From contig NW_019091357.1 of assembly GCF_001949145.1 (NCBI RefSeq), forward strand, positions 1,700,746 through 1,728,625: a stretch of 27,880 nt of DNA, given 5' to 3'. This DNA is from Acanthaster planci. Lineage: Eukaryota. Positions 1 through 11,545 of this stretch are shown here, in pieces; positions within the stretch are counted from its first letter, which is position 1; each line of letters begins with the position of its first letter. The notes beneath the pieces were generated by a model that was not told where the DNA came from, searched no databases, and saw only the letters and a list, made by a program, of their open reading frames with translations. The position numbers and the translations under genes are program-made.

Positions 1-50
1 GACCGAAACGGCTTCTTCAGGGCCTTGCCCACTTTCTTGGCGGGGGATTT
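1..50 (-). CDS. Dyb: Dystrobrevin exon H (partial, runs off the window): KSPAKKVGKALKKPFR...
   Basis: Acceptor tttgctttgcaaccag at 51-53, phase 0. 'KSPAKK' follows the ZZ exon in dystrobrevins. Confidence 0.92.
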
Positions 51-540
51 CTGGTTGCAAAGCAAACAAAAGAAGATTGAACAAGAGACCAGACACACTT
101 CCGGTCATCCCTTCCGCTTTTGCCTAATCTACCCAGAACTGTTTCTTTTGGCTCCGGCAAAATTGTTCTTCCCCTGATTTCCTCTTTCAAACCGAAAAGG
201 ACTCCCTCATGTTGAAGACTCTTGGTATGGAAGGTGAAGAGGGTTTAAGGTTTGTCTTTCTGTGGTACGTTCCGAGTCTGCGGAAGAAATGCGGTGATGG
301 TGGACAACACCAAGTATCAGTTTCTAATTGAACTCATTGAAAGAAAAGACAAGCTGACATTTTCCCTATGTGCTGTGTCAGTCAAATTGTTTTTCATATT
401 TCCCGAGAGGCTCAAACACTATACTTTGACTTCACAAAACTGAATGACCACGCTGACGGCATACAGTGATCCGGTGGACAGCTGACGAGAGTACTGTGAG
501 CAACGTCGTGGTTGGAGGTAACGGTAACTCCGACACTCAC

Positions 541-707
541 CCAGGACGAATACTCCTTCATCTCGTGGTCGGCGGTGTGGCTGCCGGATGTGTAGCCCCT
601 CCAGAAGCAGTTCTGGCACAGCTGGTAGTTGGAGCAACGGTTACACTTGTAGCGGTACCCCATCATGGACTCTGACTTACAATTGCTGCACTCCACAGGG
701 TGAAATA
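541..707 (-). CDS. Dyb: Dystrobrevin exon G (167 bp), ZZ-type zinc finger: (V)[55 protein letters not shown]
   Basis: Long pyrimidine tract followed by cag, and donor TGG|gtgagt. Shows the CxxC...CxxC...CxxC...H...H ZZ pattern. Confidence 0.97.
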
Positions 708-1295
708 CTGGGGGAAGGGGAGAGAAAAGGGGAAAATCGTTCAAACGATACGCCGTGAAACTATCCACCCTCACCGCTGAACGAAGAGACAAGGCTAGAA
801 GGAAGGTTTTCAACGGGGTTTGTGCACGTGCCCCGCGCGCACATAAAGGCCAAACATGTACCGGTACATTCAAACGAAAACTGGTTGCGCATGCTGAGCA
901 CATTTGCACCAAATGAACGTGAACCTGTGTATGCTAGCGCTGGGTTCCCACAAAAAAGACCATCACTGCTATAGAAGAGCACGCCCTCTATTGTTCCCGC
1001 TTGGGAGTGCATGTAAATACATGTTCATGTAGCACTGCCACGAATGGATAAACACGCTAGAATTTGAACCCAGGCCAACTGCAGGACCTCCAATAATACC
1101 AACTGTACATTTCCATCCTTTTACAAAGAAATCCAAAGACATTTAAAGGGAAAAAAATTCTGCACACTTTGATCTTCTCTCTGAATTACTTCACTCATGG
1201 ACAATATTCGAGTAGTTGACATTTCTTGGGCCCAAGACCTCCGCACATCTTTAATCCCACCTTTAATCGCAACTGAAATTGAGACGAGATCTTAC

Positions 1296-1410
1296 CGTTC
1301 TCGACATTGCACATGCGGTGCATGAGTGGAAACCACATCAGGCAGGGGGGCCCGGGGTCGGCCAGAAGGGTGTCTAGAAAGTCGTTCAGCGTCACTCGAC
1401 GGTTGGCGTT
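1296..1410 (-). CDS. Dyb: Dystrobrevin exon F (115 bp): [38 protein letters not shown]
   Basis: Acceptor ttctttcgtcttcag and donor G|gtaaga. Matches 'VTLNxFLDTLMSDPxPxCLVWLPLLHRLANVEN'. Confidence 0.96.
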
Positions 1411-2224
1411 CTGAAGACGAAAGAAATCAATAAATTCACCTGCCCAGATCCCTCAAATTCTACCTGGAGAGGTTATAGGATTTTAAAGGATTAAGGAGAG
1501 TAGATCCTTCCACTGTTGATACATGTATACCGCTACTTCATGAGGAGTTTGCTGCTCTTGAAGTTAAAAGTGTAAAGACCGTGGTGCTAGTTTCCATACA
1601 CGTGTAACTGTGGAGGATTTTGGACGATTCAAGCAAGTTCCCAGCAAAGTGCCCATGGCATAAGGATTACTATAAAAACTAATTCCTGGGGGGGGGAACC
1701 ATAGGTGACATGCACTTCCATCTGCATGAAGCCCGCTGAGTTTTAGCACGCCCAGGCACAAAAGCGGATTACAAGTCCTAACTGGTTTACAAGAGAGTTT
1801 GCTTAAACTGGCCATCTCAGCCAATAAACTAAAAGAGATTACACCAAGCTTATGCATCACATCATCTGCCTTAGGACAAGCTCTGGTAGGCATGTCTGCA
1901 CTGCCTGGAAAGGTAACAGGGCTTATGTTCACCGGCAATCTCTAATAAAAACGTAGCAAATGCACCTACAAGGTTCAAAATTTCACCTTATTTCACGTTC
2001 CAGAGAAAAAAAGCACGGCAGTTTCAATAAACTCTCTGAAAAGAAAAATCTTGAGACTCTGACTATTTGTGATGAACAGAAAATGCGAAGACAATATTTT
2101 TTTCATGTTCAAACTCTGATACTTGTTTGAAACTGTTTCCATCTCAAAATAGGCAATGCAGTAAACATTCCACAGAAAATGATGACATGAAAAAGGGAGA
2201 AAATGGTTTGTGGTACTTAGTAAT

Positions 2225-2449
2225 GGGCAATTCCAGAAATTAGAGGTCTCTGTCACATCTGATAACATGATTTTATAAGTTTACAACACATTTTCTAATT
2301 TCCAAGAGCAACGAATTAATCCAAATGACCTGCCAAACAAATAGTAATAGTTTGAAATCAGTTCCGGTGATATTTCAATGTCAAATAACAAAGGTCAGAT
2401 GTGACACACGAATGTCACACTTTTGGACCCCTAATTTCTGGAATTTCCC
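2225..2449. mobile_element. MITE family X, copy 1 (TIR GGGYAATTCCAGAAATT)
   Basis: Ends GGGCAATTCCAGAAATTAG / CTAATTTCTGGAATTTCCC. The interior aligns by eye to the reverse complement of 18638-18913. No TSD resolved. Confidence 0.75.
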
Positions 2450-2599
2450 TGACAAGGAAACAATTTTGACCCCCCCCCATGAAAAGAAAAACTCTGAGAC
2501 TGAAATATTTCGATCTACTTAAACTTTTTTGTGGTACCCCACCAGATATAAGCACTTGACAGGTCAAACACATAGGGCCACTGCTGGCAGTGTTCTCAC

Positions 2600-2757
2600 C
2601 GGCCCTTGTCCGAAGACAGACTGGGAGGCTGTCTCGCTGTAGCCAAACGAGGGCCCTTCAAAGACCGCTGTGGGCAGCTGCAGCACCAGCTTCAGGTACT
2701 CGTCAAACTTGGAGTGGATCAGCACGCCGTTGCTGTCGGACAACTGTGAAAATATAT
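2600..2757 (-). CDS. Dyb: Dystrobrevin exon E (158 bp): (Y)[52 protein letters not shown]
   Basis: Acceptor tgtctctcccag and donor CCG|gtgaga. Contains the '[13 protein letters not shown]' dystrobrevin signature. Confidence 0.97.
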
Positions 2758-5685
2758 CTGGGAGAGACATGGAAAATCAGTCAGTTACATTATTTCACTG
2801 TGCACGTGCGTGCAAATGCGAAGTTGGTGGCAGTTTCATCTGTATAAAATTGAAAATAACAGTTCCGCGTGAATACTACAAGTTCCAATATAAACTCTGC
2901 TGGGTGCATTACTGTGGACACAACATCAACAGAATTAACCCTGAGACCTTCATGTACTGTACATGTATCGGTGTTTAAAGTTCATTTGGACAGCAAAGAT
3001 GGAATCCATGTACAATGTAATGTGTACACAGCAATAGAGGAGTTTATAAAAATTATACTGCGATTGTAGGCTTTTGGACTGATAGGATTATTGTATGAAT
3101 ACAAACAATGTTTACAAGCACAATTTTGGTGATTTGTTTTTCTTCACCAAGACGTCACTCTGCTTAGCTGTCAAAAATAAAGTAAAAACAAGAAGGAAAC
3201 AAAGGGAAACACCGGTACACTGTACACTGTACTTCAGGGATATGGTCACTAACGAGGTACACCAGAAAATAACAATGTACATGTAATCATGGAATGCAAG
3301 CAATTTTATATCTCAAGCTGATTGATCTGGGAAAACGACAGTGATCCTGGACATCGACAGAACAAGCTGTCTCTGCACATGTGCAGTGAACGTACATGTA
3401 CATGTATGTACACGTACCGTACACGACGTCTACATTATGCATACTGACAATGTACATGTATGTGTTGTATTCATCAGCATGCAACCTGTAATTGCAGTCC
3501 CATTGTACATGTACATGCAACTTGAACACAATGCAAATATCTGCATTTCAACATGAGCACTAAGAGAGTTTTGGAACAGCACTTAAAGGTAAGCTGTCCA
3601 CGACAGCAAGTCAGTACCTACGACCAATGTTCCTGTTGAAGTTCCAAGTAAGAAGCTTAACATCCTTTTGGACAATAACCCTACGTCTTTGCTACCAAAC
3701 CCGTCCAGTGCCAACAACGCACGTGAACACAATGTACATGTACACAGTTCACGTCTGGATTCTTATTTCTAAAAGCCCAGTTGGTCATGAATGACGAAGC
3801 CCTATTGACATGATTGAAATGTACTGGGACAATTGCTTTTCATTCCATTCCTCCGATTGCAAACAAACCCCTAAAAGGCTGCTGGGGCATAGTACATGTA
3901 CATGTACATGTATGGTGTACATGTACATTACCAGCCCCTAGGCAGCTCATTCCATATGAACTCTGGACTGTGATAACAAGAGGCCAAGGTCATAGGTGAG
4001 TGGAAGGGCTAGACGGCATTAAACCTGTCTCTTGTGAAGGCAGAATGCCATGCACGCGGCACAAGGCACACGCACACGTACTCGTACACAACAGTCTGTG
4101 AACAAAGCCATTCTACAACAACAACGAGGGACGTTAGAGCTGAAGCAACGACAAAAGGTAAGCAGAAATAAATTGCTTTTCAACTAAGTCAGAGCCTGAT
4201 GTTCATGTAATGGGTATAACTGCAGCATGGAATAATGATCTCTTCCTACATACCGTACATGTAAGCCCACAGTGCATGTACATACATGTACCAGTGTGTA
4301 CATGTGTGACACAGACAAATACGGATTTGTGCATAACATGGAAGGCCTGTACAGTACATGTTCGTGTACAGTATAAACCCAAACATGGACATGTACAATG
4401 AATGTACATGTACATACCTGTCACAGGTACAATGTGTTACAACCCCCAACCCTGCCCCCCTTAGATCCCCCTCTGGTAATTGTTGAGGTCTTATTTCTGC
4501 CTACACCATATTCATGATATGCAACTGTCATTTGCATTTCAAAGGCTTTAGGATTACTATAAAATGTGCCATTTGGGACGAACGTTCTGGGTTTTTCTTT
4601 TATCAGCATTTTACAAGCTGTACGTTCAGACAACCTACATGTACACATTCAAGCAGTCTGGACACAGAGCCAGATCTGCCATGTCTGCTTGTGCCAGTAA
4701 TTTCTATGACTTGCCGCGCAGTACCATAGCTCACGTACCAACGTAAGCGATCCCTTCATTCACAATCAATAAAGCAAATATAATACTGTACAATCTATAA
4801 AACCCCCCCATGCAAAGATGCCTTATCAACAAAGTCAAGGCAGTCAAATGACCCCTATATGTCTGTGTCTGTTTGGCAAATCAAGTGGAAGGAACTTTTG
4901 ACAGTCTGTGACTGTCACAGCAAAAGGAGGGTATTAATTGAATAAACACGTATGTGTGTACATAATGATCAAAGTTCAGAACAAATAAGATGGCATGTAC
5001 ATGTACCAGCATCCGTAGATGTTTGTACATACAGACCTGCATAAATATACCAGTAGATTTCATTTCATTTACTGGGATACACTTAGGGGAAAGAATAAAA
5101 ACTATAAAAAAGTTATAACCATTATCAATAAAAAACTTAGGGAAATAAAAATGATGATAAATTATTCACTTGAAGCAGGGGAGTGAGTGGCCTCATACAA
5201 AAAACCTGAAAATAATAAAGAGCAAAACTACAATATGCAAAGTTCCCATAATTTTGTAAAGAACAGGACCAAAAGAAAGATGAAATCCAGAGTCAAAATC
5301 AGCTGAAAAGACTCAAACCACTTTTTTAGACACATGCAGCATATTCTCTTCCTTTTGTCTTTGGGAATTGAACTATTTGTACAGGTGCCATTTTTCAAGG
5401 TCAGTCACATGTGGGTTTAGAGGGCTTTCCTCTGTTCCACCTTTTAACTGTTTTTCTCTCAGGAAATTCCTTCCGATTGACAAAAAATAACACTATAATG
5501 CCACTTCATTGATTACAGTACCTGGTCAAAGGTTTTGGTAGAAATCCATAGCCTGAAATGCGCAAGCATACGATTAACAATACACGATGTAAAACAAAGT
5601 TGTGTTTTGCATGCTTTCTACGATACAGAATCTGAATTCTGCATTGGCTGTTGGCACCATCTAGCACCCAGACTTCTTCATCAAT

Positions 5686-6594
5686 ATGGCTGACCAGGTG
5701 AGGTTCACTCTGTGGGCATGTCCTCGCACCTGCTCTTCATCCTTCTTGAAAAGCATGAACAAGATGCCTGATTGCCAGATCATCTTTGAGCTCTACACCA
5801 CGGCCTGGCACTTTGGACCTGAGAGGGACCTGACGGTCGCCTCCACTTTCCCCAAAGAGCCTGACGTGGTCACCAACATGACGGAGGCCGGCCTGCTGGA
5901 GAAAGACTCACAATCCGGATTCCACAGCTCAGTCTGCACCTTCGACTTCTGCAAGAAGCAGCTGGAGGCTGCGTATCCCGGCAAGCGGCTGGTCCTCAAC
6001 AAGGAGATGGCCTCCTTTCTCATCCCCAAGTACAACTACCTGCCGAAGGGCTACCGGCACGTCTTCCTGATCCGGGACCCCAGCATCGTCTTCCCCTCCT
6101 GGAAGAAGATTGTCCAGGAGATGCGGATGGTCAAGCACGGGGAGGTCATCGCCTTAGATGACCTAATCCTGGACAGGCAGCCACTTGACATCATGCCTGC
6201 TGGCCTAGGGTTCAAGGAAACCTATGAGATGTACCAGTACATCAAGGAGAATAACATGGACCCGGAACCAATTGTCATTGATGCAGAGGACCTGGTTGCT
6301 AATCCCGAAGGGGTCTTATCAGCCTTCTGCAGTAGGATGGGCTTGCCGTACTCCTCGTCTCTCCTGGGCTGGGAGAGCGGGTCAGAGCTGGCTGCCGACT
6401 GGATCATCAGCCAGCGCCACAAGTTCATCCTCAAGAACGCCAAGACCATGGATGTGTTCCGCAACAGCACCAGGTTCCAAAAGCCCGAAGTGGAGGAGGG
6501 CCATTACGCCAAGATAACGCCTGACGTCCAGCGGTGCATCGACCTCAGCATGCCTTACTACGAGAAGATGTATGAACACCGTCTCAAGATCTGA
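5686..6594 (+). CDS. Nested single-coding-exon gene, 302 aa, P-loop sulfotransferase-like (Sulfotransfer_5 / N-terminal domain of 'BCAT-like protein 2')
   Basis: 909-bp ORF, GC-rich with C/G-ending codons unlike the flanking intron. Kozak-like aatATGG start. Recognised motifs: W-x-x-PRT-x-SS (PAPS-binding-loop-like), 'HVFLIRDP...SW', and 'PIVIDAEDLVANPEGVLSAFCSRMGLPY...LLGW'. The family call is by motif recognition, not a search. Confidence 0.85.
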   Translation: MADQVRFTLWACPRTCSSSFLKSMNKMPDCQIIFELYTTAWHFGPERDLTVASTFPKEPDVVTNMTEAGLLEKDSQSGFHSSVCTFDFCKKQLEAAYPGKRLVLNKEMASFLIPKYNYLPKGYRHVFLIRDPSIVFPSWKKIVQEMRMVKHGEVIALDDLILDRQPLDIMPAGLGFKETYEMYQYIKENNMDPEPIVIDAEDLVANPEGVLSAFCSRMGLPYSSSLLGWESGSELAADWIISQRHKFILKNAKTMDVFRNSTRFQKPEVEEGHYAKITPDVQRCIDLSMPYYEKMYEHRLKI

Positions 6595-6705
6595 GCGCAT
6601 CCCATCTTGATGCTTGTCTATTGGACACCCACTTGACCCTTTCTTTCACCAAAGATGCCACTGTCCCACCCTGTAACAACTGTTGAACGTCATCAAGACT
6701 TGCAC

Positions 6706-6711
6706 AATAAA
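6706..6711 (+). promoter_or_regulatory. Candidate polyadenylation signal of the nested gene
   Basis: AATAAA about 110 nt after the TGA stop at 6594. Confidence 0.55.
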
Positions 6712-8704
6712 GCTATCCTACATCGTAGTGACATTTAGAGAGAGGCAGTCACCTGGACTTGAAACGATCCCTGTATCTACATAAGAAAGATAGCGCTTGG
6801 GAGACTGTGTGTGCCGGAGAATGACTCACAGTACATGTACATCTACATGTACTAGTCTGATAGTCTCCAAGTTCTTGTCTTAGAGTTGATCTCACAGGGC
6901 ATTCCTATTTGCCAAGCATTGTACGCATGCTCGCATATTTACCTTTCAGGTCATGCCGGTGTATTCAACTTACAGGTACATTACAACAGCCTTTAATTTC
7001 CCACATGTGTATGTATACTCAAGCATGTAGTCGGCAGTCAATGTGCGAAATGACAGCTGCAAACCAACAATATCTGCCCTCTGAAAAGGATTACTATCCT
7101 GAAATCTGATCTGCTCTCCCTCTGACTTACAAAAAACAAAAACAACAAAGAACGCCATTTTGGAAACTTGTTTTCTTTAGGGTGTAACCCTGTTGAATAA
7201 GGAGAACTTTTGCGGATGTTGTACTTACAACACGATCTGAGAAGGCCATCATAACAGAACACAAAAAACAGCTTAAGAATTTTGAAAAGTGAAAAACAAT
7301 TCTGCAAATGATGAACAAGGCCAGCTAACTTTCAAATTTAATACATGTACATGTAGCGTACCTTGTGTGGAACGGTTTGTTCTATGTTCATGTATGTGTG
7401 TGACTTTACATGTACCGATAGGCTGATCATGTTGGCACACGCACATACATGTCCATGTACATGTGCAGGTAGAAACCAAGAGAGTTCATTACACATGTTA
7501 TACATGTAACTTTTAAGCGAAATGCATGTAGACAGCAACATCAGCACACATAATGCAAATGTACACGTATGCATGTGATTGTATCATGTACATGTATATG
7601 TACAAATGTATGTTACTGCTGGCCACATTCCTTGGTATGATTTTAACAGCACAAAAAGTCACAATAGCAACTCTACAGTTCAATAATAATCAATCAATTT
7701 ACTGTAAAGCTGCTTCAGCAGAATGTGAGCCCGTCATCATCGTCGCCAAATGGTTTAATTTAAAACATTTAAAAACTTTGGCTAGGATAAATGCATGTAC
7801 ATATATGTACATGTACATTCAAAATGAATGTGTTCCAGTAAGATACACACTGTACATTTCCAATTGGGTCACAATAAAAGATAATTTATATAATTCAAGT
7901 GCAAGTACATGAACAATGTACATGGACTTATGATTAGACTGCACCAATTTTACAAAAGTATGCATAGATAAATAGCACAAGGTTTTCATTTCAATGACTT
8001 TGGTCCAAGATGCTGGTAATATACATGTACCCGTGCATGTATGGTACATTTGCACGTTTTTAGCTCATACATGTAAGTGCCATCTGTCATGTATGTAGGT
8101 ACGTAATTTGCATGTGGCTTGCATCAAGGGTTGATTTTGCAGTAAGGCAAAATTCCATGCATGAAATTTGGAAGTTAAGGGTTTTTTTTTACCCAAAACC
8201 GTTGTCACATTTTTCTTGCCAAGAAGACAGTGATAGAAAGCTTTGGTCAGCTGCATATCTGTACGAATAACTGCAGTACGTGCGTGTGCTTAATGCAAGC
8301 AAAGATCTTCCTCTACATCTGTTTGATTTGGGTTGTGCAAATTGTTGAAATCAGATAATAATAACAAAAAGCAGAGAAATGAATATGAAGACATTAAAAT
8401 GGCAAACAGGATGCAAAGCTTGAGTTCCCGTGTCATCCTTGAAATCACGTGTACTGGCTCGAATATATGGATGTATGTAACTGGTCATGACCCAGTAAAA
8501 GTTAAACCCGAAAGGTACATGTACAAGTATGATGCAGTAGTATTCAATTCACCCATTTCAATGCTCCAATTTCATACGTGTATGCTGGCGTCGATGGCTC
8601 CTGGCCCTTTGGCTGATGTGGCCATTTTTCAAATTTACGACTGACTTCTGTTAATGATAAACTCATGGTTTATGAATTCAGTTTATAAAGTGAAGGAACA
8701 GTTG

Positions 8705-8949
8705 CAGTGGCGAACGTGTAGCTAGGATTTTACTACCGGTGGGGAGGGGGGCACAAGGGGAACCAGCATCTTAAGGGGGGCACTTGCTTTCAGTGGTGTG
8801 GTTTTTTTTTGGGGGGGGCAAGTTTTTGTTAGCCTTGTTTAATATCCATTCATCCATTTACATGTAACGGTATCCTTTTTTTTAGTGGGGGGCACCTGGG
8901 GATTTATGGGGGGGGGCAGGTGCTTCCCAGCCCCCCGGCTATGCCCATG
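8705..8949. mobile_element. hAT-like MITE (245 bp) with 8-bp TSD
   Basis: Identical AACAGTTG flanks at 8697-8704 and 8950-8957. Imperfect TIRs CAGTGGCG...TAGC / GCTATGCCCATG and internal G-runs (GGGGGGCA). An 8-bp TSD with CA...TG ends is typical of hAT. Confidence 0.8.
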
Positions 8950-9153
8950 AACAGTTGGGATCAAAGGGCAATATAAGCACTGCTGAACAAAAGGAAGCAA
9001 CATGCATTTGTATTATGAGCAAATAATCGCAATTCAATAAACCGAAAAACAAAACAAAAGGGAAACAAAAAGGTACATGTATCTTCAAGAAACATTTACA
9101 CAACAGAATTCTGTGAAGATAAATTAAACTGAAAAAAGAAAAATTGCACTCAC

Positions 9154-9239
9154 ATCTGAGTTTGTCCATGATCTTTCCAGCGCAGAGTGTCGACAGGGCA
9201 ACTTTCAGTGCAAAAACGGTGATCTTCCCAGTAGCTCCG
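9154..9239 (-). CDS. Dyb: Dystrobrevin exon D (86 bp): (D)GATGKITVFALKVALSTLCAGKIMDKLR
   Basis: Acceptor ttttccctttttag and donor T|gtgagt. Matches dystrobrevin 'GKISVFAVKMALATLCGGKIMDKLR'. Mostly missed by the ORF track. Confidence 0.96.
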
Positions 9240-10907
9240 CTAAAAAGGGAAAAAAAGGTTCAAAACTCAGGCATGACTTCATCTGTGCCAACTGCCTCGG
9301 ATACATGACGAGATGATTGCCATATAGTTTTGACTCTAAATCATGCATGTACAACGTAACTGGTGCCAAACAGGGAGCATACCGGCATAAGACCAGCCAC
9401 GTAAGAATACAAAAATACTCAGGCCAGTTTCACTTTGAGGGGAGAATTTCTTTTGTCAGGAAATTCAGGACAGAGTCGTGGGGACAAAATTTTCCCCTGT
9501 GAAGAATTCGTCCCCACAATAACTATCGCTTGATAGGTACATGTACATGTATGTGATCTCTCCTCCATGGGTATTTACATCATAGAAGTGCGTTGTATAA
9601 TTTACAATTCCATTACAGAATACTCTCATTTTGCCAACAACTTATATGGGTGGCCAAAGTTTGCAGAAATATCACCTTTAGCTTGGTATTGGATTAGACC
9701 TCCAATTGATTCTAAATGAACATTTGTCCCATTAATTTTAAACAAGGTTGTCTTTTCATAAAGAATTTAGCAGTACGCGTATTATCTGGTGGGCTGATAG
9801 CTGCGTGGGATTTTTAACATTTTGTGTATTACTCTTGGACTTCATACCGACAGCCAACTATAGTTTTAGCAGCCACTTGGAGGAAACGCACGACTATGAC
9901 GTCAAAAGGGCAGGCCCTTTACATGTATTCCCAACTGATCCACTAAAACTGACACCCAGTTTTTTAGTATTTTGACAGATTTTCATTTGTGCAGCCAGTT
10001 TTTTCAAGTACCAATATCTGAAGTTAAACGTTAAAAGTCCAAAGAATGGGCATGTGGAAAATGTGCCCTTTGGTAACGGCACATTTTGCGAGATATGTAT
10101 CACATTTCTGGCATCAACTAGAAAATTCTGCACATTACATGTATATGTACATGTGAATGCACGTGAATCTGTGAAAGTATCTCTCAAGACAGTAAAGTGT
10201 TCTTGTTTTTTCCTGTAATATGACTGACATTTGCTGTACATGAACATGTACAATGCACCATGGAAACACCTGCCCCGTCTAAACAGCCATCCAACGATCG
10301 CCTCTGAATTTCTCTCCCTGTCCCGCCCCCCCGTCTTTTCTGCTCATCTGCCATTTCCCGCCGATCTGGTTTTGCAAATGCCAACCACCGTTGCATTGAC
10401 TGCGCTGTTGTTTCAGCTGCCTCGCCAATGGCCTCCTGAATGAGCCGTCTCGTCTTCCTCTTTTTTTTTCTTTGGAGTGAATGTTCCCCTTGGTGTTGGG
10501 TTAATGCATGTTCCAGCCTTGTAGTGGCTGACCGTCATGATTTCTGTCTATCTTGATAAAAAAATAACCGTCTCGCATTGGCCCACAAAGGACCTGCACA
10601 ATATCTAAGGGTGTACACCATATTTCCATATTGCTCACTGACATTCATACATGTATGTATAGGGCCTGATGTGCGAGATGTCTTTTCACAATTGTAGAAT
10701 GGTAAATTGTAAAGCATCGCAATGGTCCACACATGAATTGGGTTTTCAGTCCCTGCCTGATTACGTGGGTTTTACCCAGAAGATTCTTCTGGGAGATATC
10801 CTATCACAAATAAAACTGTAAAGTTCTGCTTCTCACTGTCTCCTCTTCAACTCACTCCTCCGTCCCTCCCTCCGTCCCTCCCTCCCCCCATCCTAAAGTG
10901 GACTTAC

Positions 10908-11121
10908 TCGTCAAATGCCATCTGAATAAAGTTTGACAGCAGTGTGATGGACTGGTCCACGTTGATCTGGTGGGTGGACGGGAGGCGCTTGTTGAGCTGG
11001 TAGTAGATGCTGGTCAGGACCGTTTCCACCCGGTTGACGCTTAGCTCATCCACGGCGCTTAGCGTATTCAGTCCGTTCTCCCGGAAGGCCTCGATCATGT
11101 TCCAGATGTCCACCAGGTGCA
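10908..11121 (-). CDS. Dyb: Dystrobrevin exon C (214 bp): (L)[18 protein letters not shown]...[32 protein letters not shown]-hand-like region
   Basis: Acceptor cacaatgcag and donor GA|gtaagt. Strong similarity to dystrobrevin 'HLVDIWNxIEAxREN'. Confidence 0.97.
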
Positions 11122-11451
11122 CTGCATTGTGGGTAGGTTATTTGGGACGAAGGACAACGATTAGAGGTGTGGGTACGTTGGTGAGTTTATGAAAACAAAA
11201 TGGGCCAAACTGCAGTAGCTACATAGGTGTTGGAGTGCACATTTCAAACATCTTTTAAATTCCTGAAATGCAACAAACAATTATACACTGTGAACATGAA
11301 AACAAAGACTAAACAGTTACGGCTAATGCCAAAAGTTTAAACACCACCTAAGGAAAGTTCAAATGAACGAAGTGCTTTTCCAGGGGGAAAGATTGCTGTT
11401 CAACTTCAAAATCAGTAAACTTTATGAATCAATGATACTTGTTTTCTCTGC

Positions 11452-11545
11452 TAGGAAGTTGTGGGTTCGAATCCCACCCAAGTGAGCTTGTGATTATTCC
11501 ACAACTCTCAGTCTCTGACCACAGTGAGAAATCAGTATGAATGTA
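11452..11545 (+). mobile_element. Possible degenerate tRNA-derived SINE fragment
   Basis: GTGGGTTCGAATCCCAC is a Pol III B-box/T-arm hairpin. No A-box or cloverleaf is visible and the boundaries are approximate. Confidence 0.35.

Noticed and set aside
412..912. 166-aa minus ORF as a standalone ZZ protein
   Set aside because: Only 541-707 is exon; the rest is read-through into flanking introns.
1564..1945. 124-aa minus ORF with an also-open plus frame
   Set aside because: Non-ATG start, no recognisable motif and no convincing splice sites. Exons E and F already join in frame without it.
5793..6600. Overlapping antisense and alternate-frame ORFs within the nested gene
   Set aside because: Shadow ORFs caused by the GC-rich codon bias of the real CDS.
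10184..10470. Purine/GC-rich patch with a 70-aa minus ORF in the intron between exons C and D
   Set aside because: No similarity recognised, weak donor, and exons C and D join without it.
10730..10850. Possible SINE core-like segment
   Set aside because: The resemblance is from memory only, with no Pol III boxes, tail or TSD visible.
11452..11480. tRNA gene
   Set aside because: Only a T-arm/B-box is present, with no acceptor stem, D-arm or anticodon arm. Kept only as a possible SINE relic.
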